A DNA stretch of 64,000 nt, taken from positions 4,320,001 through 4,384,000 of the forward strand of contig CH464491.1 of assembly GCA_000002445.1 (NCBI GenBank). Reading direction: 5' to 3'. Below the pieces are notes generated by a model. It had not been told where the DNA came from, did not search any database, and was given only the letters and a program-made list of their open reading frames with translations. Positions 62,364 to 64,000 of this stretch are shown here, in pieces (positions within the stretch are counted from its first letter, which is position 1; each line of letters starts with the position of its first letter). Source of the stretch: Trypanosoma brucei. Taxonomy: Eukaryota. Both the position numbers and the translations under genes were made by a program.

Positions 62364-64000
62364 TTATAGGTGGAACTCCTCTACGTCCTTATGCGGTTCC
62401 CCGGCGTAGCATTTGTTGCTACCATCCGCCGTGCCTCTTCTCGAGGCAACATCATCGTTGTCCCCCGACAACGCATTGGAATCTTCGTCCCTCACAGCAG
62501 AGGAACGGCGCCGGCGTCGAATGTCATCACCATCATCTGTCATGCAGTCCTTTACCCTCTTTGGTTTTGTGGAGGATATAAGTGTCGTCGGCTTCAACGC
62601 CCCACGTGTCTTCCGCCTTGATGACGGGCCATCCTTCGAAGCATTTGTTTGTCGCGTTTCCTTTCGCTGCAGCAGCAGCGATTCCCGTAGCGACAATTCT
62701 TGAAACGGCCCGCCAGTGATAACACTACCCTGAATTGAAGAAGGGACTACGCCCGAAAGAAGAAGCAACAGGCCCTTACCGCGCAGTTTGTCCCTCGTGT
62801 CTGTATTAGAAATAATACTGCTGTGATGAGATTTCGCAAACGCAATGAGCGGAGTTGGTGACAATATTTCCTTCACCTCCTCGTCACTCAGGCCCTCCTG
62901 CAACATAAGCGTATGCAACGCGAGCACCACCTCGGCGGCGATGATGCCACTGGCAAAGCGCTCGCACACGTCGTTCGCACGCTCAAGCAAAAGTTCACGG
63001 TGCTCCTGCTTGCACGGTGCCTCGGTAAGTGCGGCAAGCGTTCCCGCTATGAGATGTGTTTGCGCAGCACCCGCACCTGAAAGGGAATGGAGACAAATGG
63101 CCTGAAGCGGTGGGTGCCACTCAGGTCGCAGAAGGGCTGGGCGCAGCTGTACGATGGCACTCGTGATGGAAATGAACTGAGCATCGGTGAGCATGGCGCC
63201 TGCCGCACTGGACGTACCTGAAGCATTAATAACAGCAGTTTCCTTACGACCAGTGTCATTACAGGATTCTCGCCTCTGTAGCTCGTTCCCAAGAACTTCT
63301 GCGGTGGCCGAAAGCAATTCCTCATGGTCGAGCTTAAGGGCCCGCAACGAGCCCATGCAGCTTGCAAGCTCCTCGCCTTTGAAACTTGGTAGTATGTTGA
63401 GAGCGCGGTCGCAGAAGGGCACTGTCACTTCAGCATGACGGGTGATGCCAAGCTTTACCGAGCTGTACAGAAGTAATACAATGTCGCGCGCGGTTGCGTG
63501 ACTTGCAGAGACACGCAGACGTGGCATCATCTGCTGTACAACTCGAATTACACCCTTTAGAACGAAAGTGAATGCATACATAAGCATGCAAAGGTCGTGC
63601 ACAGTGGCATTTGCAGCCTTCTCCAGTATGTGTGTTGCTGTTGCCGAGTAAAATTCCACGTCATTGAAACCCAAAGTTGCGCACTGCAACAAAATATTGA
63701 CAAGCTCAGGAGCATCAAAACGAGACGGATTGCGCCTCGTGAACTCCACAACTACCAATAATAAATCATTGAATGGAAGACGACTACGCGTGAGGGCCTC
63801 CATCAGCAGAATCGCCTCTCGCGCCACAAGCTTCCGAGACCAGTTCTTCTGTGAAGAAAGCGAAGTGAATAGGTCAGGCAAAAATGTCTTCTTCGCCATA
63901 GGGAGGGGCGCAAGCATTGCAGCTAGTTCCACCTGAACCCGAAACGGGGCGTTCGCCGCGGCAACCGATATCATTGGCATGTGCTGCTCCAGCAGGGTTG
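62364..64000 (-). CDS. Hypothetical helical-repeat protein (possibly FAST-kinase-like leucine-rich repeats); the ORF stays open to the right window edge, so the 5' end may lie outside
   Basis: ORF 62364..63980 with no stop in the 20 nt beyond. Recurrent motifs (ELVNILLQCATLGF, DIVLLLYSSVKLGI, DLCMLMYAFTFV) resemble FASTK-type helical repeats. C-terminal R/S/D-rich tail. Confidence 0.55.
   Translation of the reverse strand, partial: TLLEQHMPMISVAAANAPFRVQVELAAMLAPLPMAKKTFLPDLFTSLSSQKNWSRKLVAREAILLMEALTRSRLPFNDLLLVVVEFTRRNPSRFDAPELVNILLQCATLGFNDVEFYSATATHILEKAANATVHDLCMLMYAFTFVLKGVIRVVQQMMPRLRVSASHATARDIVLLLYSSVKLGITRHAEVTVPFCDRALNILPSFKGEELASCMGSLRALKLDHEELLSATAEVLGNELQRRESCNDTGRKETAVINASGTSSAAGAMLTDAQFISITSAIVQLRPALLRPEWHPPLQAICLHSLSGAGAAQTHLIAGTLAALTEAPCKQEHRELLLERANDVCERFASGIIAAEVVLALHTLMLQEGLSDEEVKEILSPTPLIAFAKSHHSSIISNTDTRDKLRGKGLLLLLSGVVPSSIQGSVITGGPFQELSLRESLLLQRKETRQTNASKDGPSSRRKTRGALKPTTLISSTKPKRVKDCMTDDGDDIRRRRRSSAVRDEDSNALSGDNDDVASRRGTADGSNKCYAGEPHKDVEEFHL

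Noticed and set aside
1-64000. Spliced-leader RNA gene, rRNA, or CRISPR-like repeat-spacer arrays
   Set aside because: No spliced-leader consensus, no rRNA-like conserved blocks, and no regularly spaced direct repeats were seen. CRISPR is not expected in a eukaryotic genome of this type.

Overview
The window looks like a trypanosomatid (Trypanosoma-like) chromosome-internal region; that assignment is inferred from gene structure, not from any database match. All convincing genes are long, intronless ORFs on the minus strand, so the window appears to be one unidirectional polycistronic array. From about 16.2 kb to the right edge there are 16 closely packed CDSs with short intergenic spacers (0.13 to 2 kb). 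Those I recognise encode a CCCH zinc-finger protein with poly-Q/poly-H tracts, an SLC35A-type nucleotide-sugar transporter, a divergent DEAD-box helicase, a TPR-like protein, an RRM protein, an RNase-PH-type exosome subunit, a C2HC zinc-finger protein, a nodulin-like MFS transporter, a charged coiled-coil protein, a polytopic membrane protein, a giant Dopey-like protein, a MYND/TPR protein, a TruD/Pus7 pseudouridine synthase, a CLC chloride channel with CBS domains, and a helical-repeat protein that runs off the right edge. At the left edge there is a truncated minus-strand CDS (1..1659, not in the ORF track because it has no in-window stop) and a roadblock/LC7 dynein light-chain gene (2234..2530). 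Between these, about 2.7 to 16.2 kb is a roughly 13.5 kb stretch with no credible ORF, built almost entirely of homopolymers and di-, tri- and tetranucleotide microsatellites. That is far larger than any other spacer in the window and is the most striking feature. Other points worth a second look: recurrent G10-11 homopolymers (mRNA sense) just upstream of several likely start codons, several ORF-track N-termini that run through microsatellites and probably need a downstream start, a 73-aa ORF with an N-myristoylation-like MGxxxS start, and a perfect 20-bp palindrome in one spacer. I found no tRNA, rRNA, CRISPR or recognisable mobile element.
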